In this document: positions 40,611 through 54,759 of the stretch, one piece after another
Position numbering within the stretch: the stretch's first letter is position 1
How the letters are laid out: each line of letters starts with the position of its first letter
From: the human T2T-CHM13v2.0 reference genome, Homo sapiens
NCBI RefSeq assembly: GCF_009914755.1
Contig: NC_060945.1
Length of the DNA: 64,000 bases
Strand: one strand, 5' to 3'
Position numbers and translations under genes: made by a program
The notes under the pieces: model-generated
Databases searched by the model: none
What the model was told of the DNA's origin: nothing
The model's input: only the letters and a program-made list of their open reading frames with translations

Positions 40611-41669
40611 AGAACAGAAGAGAAGGTAATGCAGCAGGATATTTCGCCTTATTTCTTGAAGAGTATATTTTATACCAGTAACCTAATTTCCTTTAGAGTT
40701 TGCCCAGTTAGCCTAAAATGATGACCCCTGTTTTAAAGTTATCTTCAGTAGTTCTTTATCCTCTTTTACTCTCCTCTTTTTGTTCATTTATTCATTCATC
40801 AGACACTTATTGTGTAGCTACTATGCACAATACATTGTGCCAGCTGCTGTGGTTGCAATTGACTCTTTCCATTTACTTCTACTTTTTTCTCATTCTTTCA
40901 AATACTTTGATTTATTGATTTCACTCTGTGCTCCATGTCTCCCATATCTTTTACTTCTGCCTTCAGTGGGATGTTGAAATCACTAATTTGAAGGTTGCAT
41001 TCGTCTCTTTGAATCAATTGTATTTAATTTCACAAATATTTACTGATTCCCCATTATATGGCAGAATCTCTACAAAAAGAATACAGAATTGAAGAACAGT
41101 ACTTTTTTTTAGGAAAAAAAAGTTTATATCCTATTTGGGAAATAAGATTTTTAATAATTTTTCAATGAACTATAGTACCAGGCAGGAGATTTTTGGTGTC
41201 ATAAGAAACACTTTAAAGGAGGAAGTCACAGCTGACTTGAAGGGTTTGAAAAAGACTTCTTAAAAGATGGCTAAATTGTGACAGAAATAGATGAGAGGAA
41301 GAAGAGGATAGATATTACAGGTGGAACAAATTATACCTTCCCCTCTCTTTGCTTTCATTCATGGTGAGTGACTTGGGAAAATGGTCTGGTGTAGGCAAAA
41401 AGGTCTTAAAAGTATATGAGGGAAAGCTGGAAGCTCTTATTGGAGTCACACTGTGATAGCCTTGGATGGAAGCTATGGGAGTCTGTACTTAATTTGGGGG
41501 GCATTAAGAAGTCTTTGAAAGTTAATGTTACTGTTGACCTTCCTGCCATGCATTCAAAGTCAACCTTTAATTCAATTCTGTGGAATTTAAATGTAAGTCA
41601 ACTGTCGGGCTCTGGGTTTGTACAGAGCAGATTGGCAACCTCCAGGTAGTCTTTTGCCAGTTTTCATCA

Positions 41670-41885
41670 AGGCAGCATATCATAATGGACACAATATAGT
41701 GGACTGCATGAGGACGCCCGGCTGCTAATCCTGGTTCACTAACTTGCTAGCCTTTTGACCTTAGAGAAGGCATTCATCTGTCTGAGTCTTCAGTTCTTTC
41801 TTATAATGATGGGAATAACAAAATGCCTGTTTTCAAAGTTTATGATGAGAGATAAATATGAAAGAAAAATAAATTTTGAAAATGT
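41670..41885 (+). mobile_element. MIR SINE
   Basis: GGCAGCATATCATAATGG...ACTTGCTAGCCTTTTGACCTTAG...TCTGAGTCTTCAGTT. Confidence 0.65.
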
Positions 41886-42163
41886 AAACTTTGAAAGAGC
41901 AACAGCTCACTGGAGTATACCGGTTTCTCCTTGAATTTTGTAGTGCGCCTCCCTATTCTTTGGGATAAACGATTGGAGAGGGTGATTATTTCTGCCTCTT
42001 TTCCTCCTCCTTTAAATGAATTATTATCTTTTCACTCCATCATTCCAGGACTCAGGGCGTACTTTTTGAGAACACACATAAAAGTTGTTTTGTTTTACCA
42101 GCTCTCCTTCAAAACCCCCAAATCATCCAGAAAGCTGTTGCTCCTCTTTCATCCTGTCATGAA
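41886..42163 (+). repeat. 278-bp local duplication, copy 2
   Basis: ungapped match to 40011-40288 at an offset of 1875 bp. Confidence 0.95.
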
Positions 42164-42349
42164 TTTTTGTTCATGGGAGGTTATATTAACTACATTGTCA
42201 TTCTGACCTTAGCTTAAATATCACCACTTAAGATATCCACCACCCCTGGGCACAGCCACAGTGTCCCTCATGGAACCTCTCACCATCTTTTTATTTTCCT
42301 TATGGAATTGCCTTCCTCATTTATTTGCTTGTATATTGCATGTCTCTTT

Positions 42350-43766
42350 AGCCAATAAGATTTTATTAGTTCATTATGTGGCAGACACTGTCACAGGAAC
42401 TGGGAAAATGTGAGTGGGTGTGTCCTTAAAGAAACAGACACATAAATATTGATACTAATAATGATCTATTTACCTATGTGTATAAATGCCAGTAAGTAAA
42501 AAGTGCTATAAAGAAAAATAAAGCAAGCTGAAGGATTAGAGACTGAAGGTTATTATGCCTTTTTTTTTTTTTTTTTTTTTGGTCAGAGGTTCAGGGCATG
42601 GTTCCTTGATTAGGTGCTATTTACTCAAAGACCAAGAGGAAGTAAGAGAGTGTGCCAAGCCTGTACCTAGAGAGAAAGTGGTCCAAGCACAGGGAATTGT
42701 GAGTGCAAAAGCTTTAAGGTGGAGTCATGTGTGGTATGTTGAAAGACAAGGTAGGAGGCCAGGGTGGCTAGAGTGCAGTGAGCCAGCAGACAGCAGTAGA
42801 CACTGAGGCCAGAGGGTTAGAGGACAGGGCCTGGGCACCATCAAATAAGCTTTGGAGTTCCTGTTAGGGTCGGAGATCTCACTCAGTGTGACATGGGGAG
42901 CCTCTCCGGAGGCTTTGGGCAGAAGAGTGGTATCATCCCACTCAAGTCACGTCGGCTGCCATGTGGTGATGAGGCTATTAGGTGGCTAGTGTCAAAGAAG
43001 GGAGAAGCAGCGTTATATCGGAATGGGCTCCTACCAACTCAGCAGAAGCCATGTGTGCATCTCTTCCTGAACCATGCCCTCATGTCACTTGAAATTAGCC
43101 ACGGCGAAGGTAAGTCCATGTGGAAATCTGCAAATACTATAGAGGATTTCTTCTCCCTCCCTTGTCCCTTCCCCTTCTCGTCTTTCCTGCATTTCTTCCT
43201 TTCTTCTTCTTCTTCTTCCTCCTCCTCCAGTTCCTTCTTTTCTCTTTTTTTTTACAACATTATATATACTTATTTATTGTTTATAAGCAAAGTTGTTGAT
43301 AAACACTTACCAGCACATCTCAGAAGAGACTTTTAGAAGTGTATTGCAACCATTTATGTAAAAGATGGTGGTGGCTTAGACTAGCATGGTAACAAAGGAG
43401 GTGATAGGAAGTGGTGAGATTCTGCAAGGAATCTTCAAAGGAAGCACTGACAGGTTTTACTGAATGACTAAGAAAACGGTGGAGAAAACATTCCTCGACA
43501 AAATAGTAGAGAAAATAATGAGTGAAGCCTGGCTTCCAGGTTTTCATCTTAGTATCTAAAAGAATAGTTATCGTGGATTAAGATGGAAATGGCTTCAATA
43601 AATGAGCAGTTTGTGAAATGAGTGTTAAAAACCTGATTTCAGACATATAAAGATTGACATCTTAAGGTGTAGCCAAGTGGAGATATTGAGTAGAAAGTTG
43701 GATATATGAGCTTCGTACTCAGGAAAGGAGTCTGGATTGGAGATATCAATTTGGGAAGTATCTGCA
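42350..43766 (-). mobile_element. L2a LINE interrupted by a MER63-like MITE
   Basis: antisense L2a text (TATGTGGCAGACACTG, GGAGGCCAGGGTGGCTAGAGTGCAGTGAG, GATGGTGGTGGCTTAGACTAG, TGGAGATATCAATTTGGGA). Confidence 0.82.
43008..43322. mobile_element. MER63A-like MITE with an expanded CT-rich tract, nested in L2
   Basis: similar to 36208-36422 (CTTGAAATTAGCCA, TGGAAATCTGCAAATACTATA, AAACACTTACCAGCAC). Confidence 0.65.
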
Positions 43767-44017
43767 AGGAGAATAGTATGATTCTGTTCTCCCTAATTTA
43801 AATGGGGGCTGATTGCATATCAGAACAGAGAGGCAATGCCACCATACTTCCACTGCATCTTTTGCAGACTGCTGAGTCAGGTGTTTTTTTGATGCTTTTT
43901 ATAATTTTAATATAATTTGAGCAACCAAATGAAAGTTGCTATGGATTGATTGAACCCTTACTTTTTCTGCAATTCATTTTCATAGTTATGCTTCTTGCTT
44001 CCTGGAACCAATCAGCT

Positions 44018-44205
44018 ACAGCATCACTTCTCAAAATGTGGTCTCAGTACTGCCTACATCAGATTAAATAGGTGCATTGTAAAATGTAGATTTCTGCATT
44101 CCAGTGTCAGACCTATTTAATCTTAATATTAGTCCAGGGACCCGAAAATATCCATTTTACAAAACAAATACGCATTGTCTTTATTATGCAAATAACAATT
44201 TGGCC
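44018..44205. mobile_element. MER5B-like hAT-Charlie
   Basis: CTTCTCAAAATGTGGTC...CCTACATCAGA...GTAAAATGTAGATTTCTG...CAGACCTA. Confidence 0.65.
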
Positions 44206-47200
44206 CCTCCTGATGTAATGTTTAAATATAAAGTTTAATATCTATCGTTTTGTAAGGATTCCCATGGCAAAAAAAAAAAATTGTTTATATCATTTATATA
44301 TTTAAACCTGCCTGTACATATTCTAGGTTGTTCAGATTAAAATAGATTTAATTTCAGTCATATAGATTTCAATCTTAGTTAAATAGGAAAACCAAATTTA
44401 ATCATCTTTTTTTTTTTTTTTTGAGGAAAAGTGTAATTTTAGGGCATACTGTAGATATACTGTTCAAAACAGGAAACCTGAGTTTTCAACTGTAGGTATT
44501 GGATTGCTATGGTAATTTAAATAGCAAATATTTCTGATTTTCTCATGTTTTGGGTGACAGAATCGTGTTGCATTTCCCAGCTCTCGTGATTTAGATGGTA
44601 TAGAAAAGTAATTGTGACCAAGTGTGCCTGGGGCCAGAGTATTTAATTTCCAGTGTTCCTTCATCTTACTTGTGTCTTTCTTCACATTTGAGGTGGAAGC
44701 TGCCCTGTTATCCTGCTTAGCTAAGATGCTACAGTCAGCAAAGCTTCCCTGCTAACCTGTAATGAACGTTTAATGTGAGGGAGAAATACTTTGTGATTTT
44801 AAACTGGTTGGTACTCCAGCATAATCTAAAGCATCCTGACTGATTGTGACTTTCTCTAGCAAAAATGAACTGCTCTAACCTGAGTTATCTCCTATTTAAC
44901 ATGCTGACAGCGGGAATTGATCTAAGGTAATTCATTGCCCCAACAAATTAGGGATTTTTTTGTCAATATTTTGACCTTTGACAAATGAGAGATAGGTAGG
45001 AGGTAAATGTCTCTTCTTTTACAAATTTGCTACTAATTAGGTTGTTTCAAAAACAAAAACAAACCAAGAAACAAATGTCACCGATCGATTTCTGCAAAGG
45101 TAGAGACTTTTATTAACAATCAGGTATGAAACCAAATAGCTTGTTCTGAATAATCTGGAGGGTGTCTCTGTTCCTTGTCTTTTTAGGTATGACATCCAGC
45201 ACTTTGTAGAAAAGGTTCACTGCAGAGCAAATGCAACTGTATTCTAGTAGCAGGAGCAATGAGCCTTCTAGTAGTACCAGGTGAAGGACCCTCCTTATAT
45301 GTCCAGGAGTGGGTAGCAATTCAAATAGATTTTAGATCAAAGGTACCACTTCAAAGATGTTAGACTCACAACCTTTTCCTGGGGTTATTTTACTTTGTTC
45401 CCACAGTGGGGAGATTACCCAGTGTTTCTTGCCAATCACATATCTTCATCATCATTTTTCTCATCAATGAAAAATTATTTGTAACTGTCTTGTAAATTAC
45501 CAAGCTCCCATGGGTAGTTTCACAGTGCAATATTTGGAGACTTGAAGCATTTGCCACAGGTGCCCCTAGAGTATAAACTACTGATTAGGAAATGGTAGAT
45601 CTTAACCAATGTAAAGAGTGGATCTCTAATTAGATTTCTTTAAATCTTAGCTAACTTCTTCTAGTGTGTACATTAAAGAAAAACCAAGGTACTGTGAAAT
45701 CTCTCTACTGGAGCATTTTAAAGTAAAGTATAGGCACTAACAGAATTAATTACAGATTTTTGTTTATTTTCCCCTATGTTCTACTAGGACTACAAAAACC
45801 ATAAAACTCACCAGAATCTTACATTATTTTATTCAACAAATGTAGAAGTATTGCTTGATCAAGTAATGTGGTGCTTGATTTTTAATAATTTACTGTAGAC
45901 TTTGTTATCAATATTTAACTAGTTTACTTCAATATTAAACAGATCAATAACCATTTGTTATTTAAACAAATGTTTAACCACAAACATACCTATATGTATA
46001 TGGATGTGTGTGTTTGTGTATGTATGTATAATTGAGCTGCTTATATATCATGTAGTTTTTTTAAACAAAAAAATAGATAATAGCATCTTAAAATTAAATC
46101 TTGAGACATTGGGTTATAAGTTTCAATTTTGCTTTTCTTTCTGCGTATTCATGGTCTGTAGAGGAGACTAGACTTCCCTAATGTTTTAGTTTCCAAATAT
46201 TTTGCCAAGTATGAATGAACTAGGTCAACGAAGGAAAACATTCTTTCTGAAGCCTACATTAATATTCTACTGTTTGAAAAACTGGACTAACCCTTCAATC
46301 ATTTTGTTAATATTTGTAGCTTCTCACAGAGTTGTAAAACCTCATAAGTAAACATAGGTTTTTCAAATCTTTACCTCATTTTAAATTCTTTTAGTTACTG
46401 TTGTGAATAAAGAATTTCTGGATGGCTAATATCAGCTAATAAGATTAGTAAGGAATGAATTGTAAATAGAGCATATAAAATTACTTATTTTCAAATACTT
46501 CTTAAAAACTTGAAATAGTGTCTCTAGTATTATAATTTTATACATTTGACTTTTTATGATATATTTAATGGTAACATTTAAAATAAAACTGTTTTTTAAA
46601 AGTAGCATTTTACTAGCCCAATGACTGAAAAAAAGTTTGTAAATTTATAGATTTTAAACAAATTGAATGGTGCTAGTTTTTCTATTCACTTTTGTCTCTA
46701 AAATATTTTTGGTATTTTGTAAACAGCAATAAAAATAGCAAGAGTAAAATTTGACTTCATGGAAACTTAACTGTGACTGGACCTCTTTTAATAATTTTTA
46801 TTAATTTTGACTCCTGTGAATTTTGATGTTTGGAAGTTATATATTTCCAAACTTAAAAAACAGACCTACAATAAATTAGATTGATTATTCCTAGTGAAGT
46901 ACTTTACTAATATTATTGATATTATTGTGTAGTAGTTATTAGGGAGTCTAAGAGGAAGACTATTTTTATTATAGGGAGGATGGTTTCAACTGACAGGTTT
47001 TAAACTAAAATGTTTAAGCATTTTAGACATTCTATTTTAATAAGTATGTTTTAGTTTTAATTTTTTTAAGAATAAATGTGAAATGAATGATTTGGATATA
47101 GGTTAGTTTATGGAAATTTTTGATGATGACTATGTATTGATTACTTTTCATTTCAGGTTATTGATTATTAAAATGGCATTATAAAGAGATAGCTCCAAAA

Positions 47201-49496
47201 TAACAGTGTCTTAATTACTTGAAAGACATGTTGTTTTAATATTGCACTGTAACATACCATACCATATTTGGTGATTTTTTTTCTCTATTCCAGTTTTGTA
47301 TGCTACTGTAGGGCATAGAATGTGAGTAGCACCCCTAGAACTCAAAGTATATTTTTATGTGAAGCTGAAATGTTTTTAACTTGACTCAGCCAGTTAATAA
47401 TTTTTGGATTTGGCAAGCTTCAGTACGGTCCTATTTTTGAGAAAAGCCAACAAAAGTATTTATCTTCTAATTCAATGTCCTTTTTTCCCTTAAAGAGATT
47501 TTTGTGTGCAAATGCTTATAAATGTATTGTTATTACAGTAACACTAACATATTCTATTTCTTTCTACGGTGCTAAAAATAATTAACATTTATGGTACATT
47601 TAAACTTTTGTCAGTCAGAAGATCTAGTTATTAAACCAAATGAAATAGGTATAACAATACCTTCTGTATTGGAGTTAGATTATCTCTGAAAGTAATACAC
47701 ACATCAGATGTTATATGGTACCACCGCTACCTCAAAACCATGCATCCTAATATGTTTATTTATAATAAAAATTTTAAATCAGTCATACATTTTCTTCTGA
47801 AATGCATACATAGCATATGCAATGGACTGGTGGAAATACTGTACTATTTCTCATTACTTATTAGAATGACTTAAAATATTGGTTTTGGCTAAACAACTAA
47901 TCAGTATTTTAGTGGAACAGATTTACAACCTTTCCTGACAGTAAAATATACTTTTTGTATATAACATTTCTTACCCAAAGACAGTTGGCACAGTAGTAAA
48001 CTTAATAATCACCTCCAGAAATAAAACATGGAAAAACAATGTTAAATTAAAAACAATTGGCAACTTTAGATATACGTATATGCTTGTGTGTATGTTAATG
48101 TGTGTATATTATACACACAGAGTTTATACAGGCATATAATAATATACCATTATGTATTATATATATATATAACATAGACATATAATATATATTTAAATAA
48201 ATTATATAAGTATATATAAGTAAATTATATAAATACATATAAATATGTAAACATAATTATATAGATATATAATTATAAAGGCAATAGATTCTAAAACTCA
48301 AAACAGACACATATAAAGAGAAAGTTACTAATCATTTCCTCCTGTCATCCTGAGGCAGCCAATGTCAGAGTGTGGTGTGTGTTTCTTTACCTCACTCATG
48401 AGCTTCTCCAAGCTCAGAAAGCACAGATGCACGTTTGTACATCTCTTTTGTTAGAAAGAGAGATGTGGTTTTGTTTCTGTGGTTTGTTTTTATACAGAAA
48501 CTATCAAACACATTGCTCTTCATTTTGTTTTTTATAGATACCCCTTCAAATTAATATACAGAATATTCATATTAAGGCATGCTATTTTTAATTTAAGGAA
48601 ATAAAAATCTGGATATTCATTGTCTTTCTTTTATCATAGCCATAGTAAAAAGTACCAATATTGTCATGGACTGCAAATCTCAGGGATATTTTAACTCCAG
48701 ATCTGGTAATCGCATGAAAATGACTCTGATGTCTATGGGAAAGCAGGAAACCAAGATTTACAAAGTGAATTGCAATTTGGTAGACAATGTTCTTTTACTG
48801 ATCTACTTGTTATCTAGTGCTATCTATCTCCAAAAATACCTGATCCTCATGGTAGAATACATGCTTCACTATGATATAATGGTTGTAGTTTTCAGACACC
48901 GTATTTGGTGAAAAAAATCACATTATAAAACCATACGTCAGTAGAAAGGAATGAGTTAGGGAATAGATTTGCTAAGCTTCTACCAATGGTATAAAGGCGG
49001 ATGCAGGATTTTCTTTAGATTAAGACTAGGTATAATGAAGAGAGCAAAAATAAGTTAAGCCATGGATTAATCCAAGTGAATACAGTTCAAGGAAAATAAA
49101 CATGATACAATCATATGTAAGAGTAAATAATATTCCTCAATGAAAACATTATAACAATTTTGTTTAGAATGCCATAGGCCATCAGAAAGCTGTATATATA
49201 TATATATGTATTATATATTGTATACACTCATCTATTACATATTTAACATGTATTACATACATATTAATGTTTATTATATATTCATATTTCACGTAGTATA
49301 CTGATATAGTATACCTACCATACTGTTAGGTGCATCTGACTTTTTCCATCTTAAATTTTGCATGCACAAAGTATATTTCTTGTACAAAATTTAAATCCTA
49401 ACAATAATATAGCAAAGGTAGATCATGCTTTTGAGAAGCTTTTTAAATTAACAAGTGTTTAAAAGTCTTTGTATATATGTCTGTTACATGTGTGTG

Positions 49497-49499
<3 letters not shown>

Positions 49500-49534
<35 letters not shown>
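49500..49534 (+). repeat. (TG)17 microsatellite
   Basis: direct read. Confidence 0.97.
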
Positions 49535-49536
<2 letters not shown>

Positions 49537-49619
49537 AGCATTGAGCCTAAGTTCCAAGCAAACAGTGTGGGTCAGGCAGATTTAGTTCAGCTGGAACGTA
49601 AGGAGAAAATTGACAAGAA

Positions 49620-50222
49620 TGATTCAATTCAATCTATCAACATTGATTAAATGCTTACTATACACTAGGTACTCTTCTAAACGTTCAGGTCATAGTAGTG
49701 ATCACAAAAAGTCCCAAGCAAACATGGTTCTTATATTCTACAGGTGGTGCTGGGGGCACATAGAGAGGAGGAAGACATTAAGCCAAAAACCAAACAAATA
49801 AAAAGCATCATACTGTTTTTGACAGTGTCAAATAGTGTGAAGAAAAATAAAGTTGGTTGGGTGTCTATGGGGAGTGTTTCTTCTATTTTTGGTTGCAGAT
49901 GATTTTTTGCAGTTGGTAGCATCTGAGAAGAGACCTGCAAGAAGTGAAGAAGTATGCTACCAGGCATAGCCCGGGAAAGGGCAGCCCGAGGCAGGGAAAA
50001 GAGCCAGTGAGGTTTTCAAGGAGAGCAGAGTGTGGCATATTTGAGTTATACCAAAGACAATAAAATGGTGAAATAAGGCCATGAAAGGCCTTGTTGGCCA
50101 TATCAACAATATTGGATTGTTTTTCCTAAGTCAGTTGGGAAGCCCTTGGAGGCGTTTGATCAGTGACGTCTCAGTTCATATCATAGATAAGTGAATATGC
50201 ATATTTTAAGAGTTCACTCTGC
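49620..50222 (-). mobile_element. L2a 3' region
   Basis: ATTCAATTCAATC...ATTAAATGCTTACTATACACTAGGTAC antisense tail, followed by L2a body text. Confidence 0.78.
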
Positions 50223-50572
<350 letters not shown>

Positions 50573-52980
50573 TCAACGCTTATGGCAGTACTTTGGAAGA
50601 GTGAACTTGTAGACACTAGGTGCTTCAAAACAGAATGATATTAATAACATAATATTTGATTTATAATTTATCTACTTCTCACAACAGAATAGAATAATAT
50701 GTGTAGAGCTTTAAAGCAATACTAGCATACAGTAAGTTCCATGGAAATTCTAACTATTAACTTTATCCTCTGTATCATCATAATCACCATCATCATTATC
50801 CAAATCCTTAATAGATGCTCTTGGGAAAAAGGTCATTTTAAATGATATTACAAATATGACCCTCTTTTCCTCACTGAAGTCAAGCATAAGTTAAAGGATT
50901 TGAGGATGTGCCCTATTACAGAGTTGTTTAAGAATTTTACGTGTAACATCCAATGTTTTTTTCATCCTTAAGTTGTTGCATGAGTTATAATTAAACCTAA
51001 TTTAAAAAAACAGCTAAACTAAATTGGCATTGTTTCTATTTACATTTTAAAAATTAAATCCTAATCAAACTTTTCCTCTTCATTTATATGAAAATTTTGT
51101 CTCCAAATGTGTACATTTATTTTCAGCTGACTTTTCCCAGCCTGTTCCTCTTAGATAGAAATGTCTTCTCTGTACTATTGTTTTTATATGATTTTTTTCA
51201 ATGCTCAACCCTACTTGATATACATACATATACACAACCATGTACAACATTCACTGTACTCTTTGAAATTCATGGCTTAGCACATGAAAAGTAGCATATT
51301 AAACTTTAAAATAATACAAATATATTTGGTTATCCTTGAAAAATATAAACATTCGCAAAAAATATCACCAGCCGCACATACATATATTCATATAAAATAA
51401 TGTATATTAATAAAAAACTTATATAGGCAATGATACAATCATTAAGTGTTAGCTTGGAAGTAGATGGTATCAGAAAATTAGAAAATAGTTCTTGTGTAAG
51501 TTATTCTTCTACTAATTGGTTCTTAGTTTCCTGAGGACTGCTTTCTTAAAAACAGATTTACATGGTATGCAGATCAGTTTTGTGTAGTGTTTTTGTTTTG
51601 TGGTTACTATTATTTTGTTTGTTTTATGTGTGTATTTTTTAAAGTCTGACAGAGTGATAAATGGTGCTAGTTTTAACTTGAGCTTCAAATACTGATTGAT
51701 ATTTTTTAAACATACACCTTTGATACAATAACAAAACAAATAAAAACAGAGCGTTAAGTCAAATGGAGAAACTAGCACAGATAAAATGTTCTAGTTTTCT
51801 GATCTATGCCTGGCAAATAAATGTATGTACTTAGGGAAATTTGGTGTGTTTTCCTATGTGATACATAAACTGGATAATTTTAATATATTCCCCATTTTGG
51901 ACATTATATTAGAGTGAGAAAAACAGAAAATATATTGAAAATCATAAAAAGTATTAGTAAAGTTCTGAAATTAAAATAACTCCATGAGTATTTTTTTAAG
52001 AAAATATTTTCAATTTAGTGATAAATGAGTTTGTATATATACGGCCAAATCCAAAATAGTCTAAAGCTAAGATTGAGGCCTGTCTCAGCTAAATTACATA
52101 AAATCAAATGATAAAAGTTGACACTTAACTCATCTTGGACTTTGGATGTAAAACATATGTTGCTGATGTTAGTTTGACATGTGTCAAACACCTTCAAAAT
52201 GTATGTATGAATATTTATATTCTTCATACATACCTGTTTATGGGATAATATTGAAATTAAATAACATTCTTAGAAAATTAATGTGACAATATCCAAACAG
52301 AATTGAGATCTCAGACACAAAACATCTGAGTTTAGGCCTATTTGCCATTGACCTATTACTAAAGTGCTTCTGAAAAATGTCCTCACAGAAGGTTGTTTGG
52401 CCTTTCATCCTGCTCCAAAGTGGGTGAGCATAGCTCAGCTGATGTCTACAAACTGTCAGATTGTATGAGCAGAGATCGTGTTTTTCCTTCTAACAGTATA
52501 AGTTGCCGTTGTTTAATCTTTTGATGTGGCTCTGGAAGAGAATATGGTCATTGGTACTCACTCTAGGGAAGAAAAAGAGCAGTTGGGGGTGGAGGGAGGA
52601 GGATGCAGATTGAAAGACGTAAAATAGTGGCAAAAGACAGTGTTCCTTCTCCAGAGGTGAAGACCTGAGTCCCAGCTGGGAGACATGTATCAGTTTCTGT
52701 GCCTGGGAACTTCACATCTTTGGCACCTATCTTGTGCTCAGTGTAAGTCCAGCATTAAGATATATGTATTTTTCCTACTGCATAGCATCTAAATGGAAAC
52801 CAGTCATATCATTAACTGGTTAATTAACAGGTAACAAAGAAGCCAAATTAAAAAACAAAAATAAAAATTCTGCCTTTATTAGACTAATTGAGAGGCCCCA
52901 GGTTTTCACCATGCATGGTTGCTTTAGAACCTAACTCCCCAGGAAGATGTGGCTCCATTCTGCTAGGAAGCAGTCTAGAG

Positions 52981-53268
52981 CAGCACTATGCAAAGTGGGG
53001 TCCATGGGCCAGGCCCTTCTGAGAACAGTTTGATACCCATTAGAAAACATGGAAGTACAAAAATAGAGAGTAAGCCTTTAGAAAATTTCATAGAAAATCA
53101 ACCCAACATTTGTCTGTTGATTCAAGTAATAAAATATGAATGTTTTAATGTCAGTTTTTACATTTAGTTTCTCTAGTTATCCACTTTTACTGTAAATTGG
53201 AAAACATTACTTCATGATTTAGGAAAAAAATAGTCTGGCTTAGACCACAGTTAGTTTGAGAAGCACTG
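52981..53268. mobile_element. hAT-Charlie-type MITE
   Basis: terminal inverted repeats CAGCACTATGCAAAGT / AGTTTGAGAAGCACTG around an AT-rich interior. Confidence 0.65.
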
Positions 53269-54078
53269 GGGTAGCACTTTTAGAGTTTCAACACAGATCA
53301 ATATAAGACAAGTGTGATCAATGGCAAAAGTATTTTCAATCCCTTGAAACATCAAGGCAACAATGAGGTTGCATAATTATATCCCTAAAGAAATTTACAT
53401 CTTTATTAATAAGCTTTGTCCTCTCTCTTTTCTTAAGTATTCATGTAAAAACATTCTGAATGCAAAAAATCATATTTAAACACTAAATAGAATGTCAGTA
53501 GAATTGCATTTGTATGTGTTAAAATCCTATTGTCATTTTACTATAAACTTCTTCTCTCCTTGCTGTTATTGCCTAACTTCTATAGGGCATTTGTATGTGG
53601 CCTTCTTAAAACATTTACTGGAAAGAAACTTAATAAAAATAAATTTATCAATCCAAGATGTGATTTCTCATGAGAATCTTGAATATCTGCATTTAGAAAT
53701 TATATATATGGTCATTTATAGAAAAAAGGAAAGATCTCCTTAAAAACTGGAATAAGAAAATGATTTATATAGTCATGCTAACAAAATATCTTATTTTAGC
53801 AACCACCTGTCTATCACTCTTACCAGTGAAAATTATTCATAAAATAGCTGCTCCTTATAACTAGGGGTAAGAGATATGCAAACAAGACTGCTTTTAATCT
53901 TGAAAAGCATGCAAAACAAAATTTAAACATAGACATCAAAAGAGAAAAACTGTTCTCCAATTTGTCACCAAGTCATTGCTCCCTATATTAAGTCCAGCAA
54001 TTCACGAAACCCTCACTCATTGTTTGCAGTGCCCTGTAGCAAGCTGGAAGTGTCTTTATATGTATTATTAAATTGCCG

Positions 54079-54097
54079 TTACTGCCATCTAGTGGGA
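54079..54097 (-). promoter_or_regulatory. CTCF binding motif
   Basis: minus strand TCCCACTAGATGGCAGTAA matches the CCASYAGRKGGCRSY core. Confidence 0.6.
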
Positions 54098-54489
54098 AGA
54101 AATACTCCCTGTCACTATGTCAGGGATTGTACATAAAGCCCTAAAGTTCTAAGTGTAAAGGGAAAGCCACAGTTTGTGTGAATCGCAGAGAGCAAAATGG
54201 CAAACTGAAGACACAATCTCATGACAATAGAGACATAATAGACATCTATTCATCGAATAAGTTAAAGAGGTATGTAGGACGAAAAGAAAGGGTGTGGGGA
54301 ATGCATGCATTCACGAGAATTCATTTTGTGTACACCCAAAATTACATCTAAAGTATTATTTCTTATTGAACACAGGTTACCTGAACCAGGACATTTTATT
54401 ACATGTAGACTTATTTTGTCTTTACCTTTTGAATGTAGATGGATTGTTTTGCATGTGCTTATTAAGTCTTAAAAATGAAGACAGCTTAG

Positions 54490-54640
54490 ATCTGTTCTTA
54501 AAAGGTAAGGTTCATACGAAACACTGTAACGAGGGAATCTTGTTACAATGCAGATTCAGACTCCCCGGGGGTCTGCATTTCTAGCAGCTCTTAGGTGATA
54601 CCATGCTCCTGTTTATAGTCAGATCATACTTTAGGCAGTT
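54490..54640. mobile_element. MER5A fragment
   Basis: GGAATCTTGTTACAATGCAGATTC...TCTGCATTTCTAGCAGCTCTTAGGTGAT. Confidence 0.65.
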
Positions 54641-54759
54641 ACAGGCTTCGAGTGGGTTACCAAAGGGAAGGAGTCCAGAAATGAAGCAAACTCCCCCACA
54701 GAGTATATTTCACCGCTTGTTATCTTGTTGTTATAATGTAATAGACTAGTTCATTCAAT

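Noticed and set aside
40056-42206. Paralogous 90/91-aa ORFs as a duplicated small gene pair
   Set aside because: Both start at TTG, most substitutions change amino acids, and the ORFs run out into unrelated repeats; the similarity simply reflects the DNA duplication.
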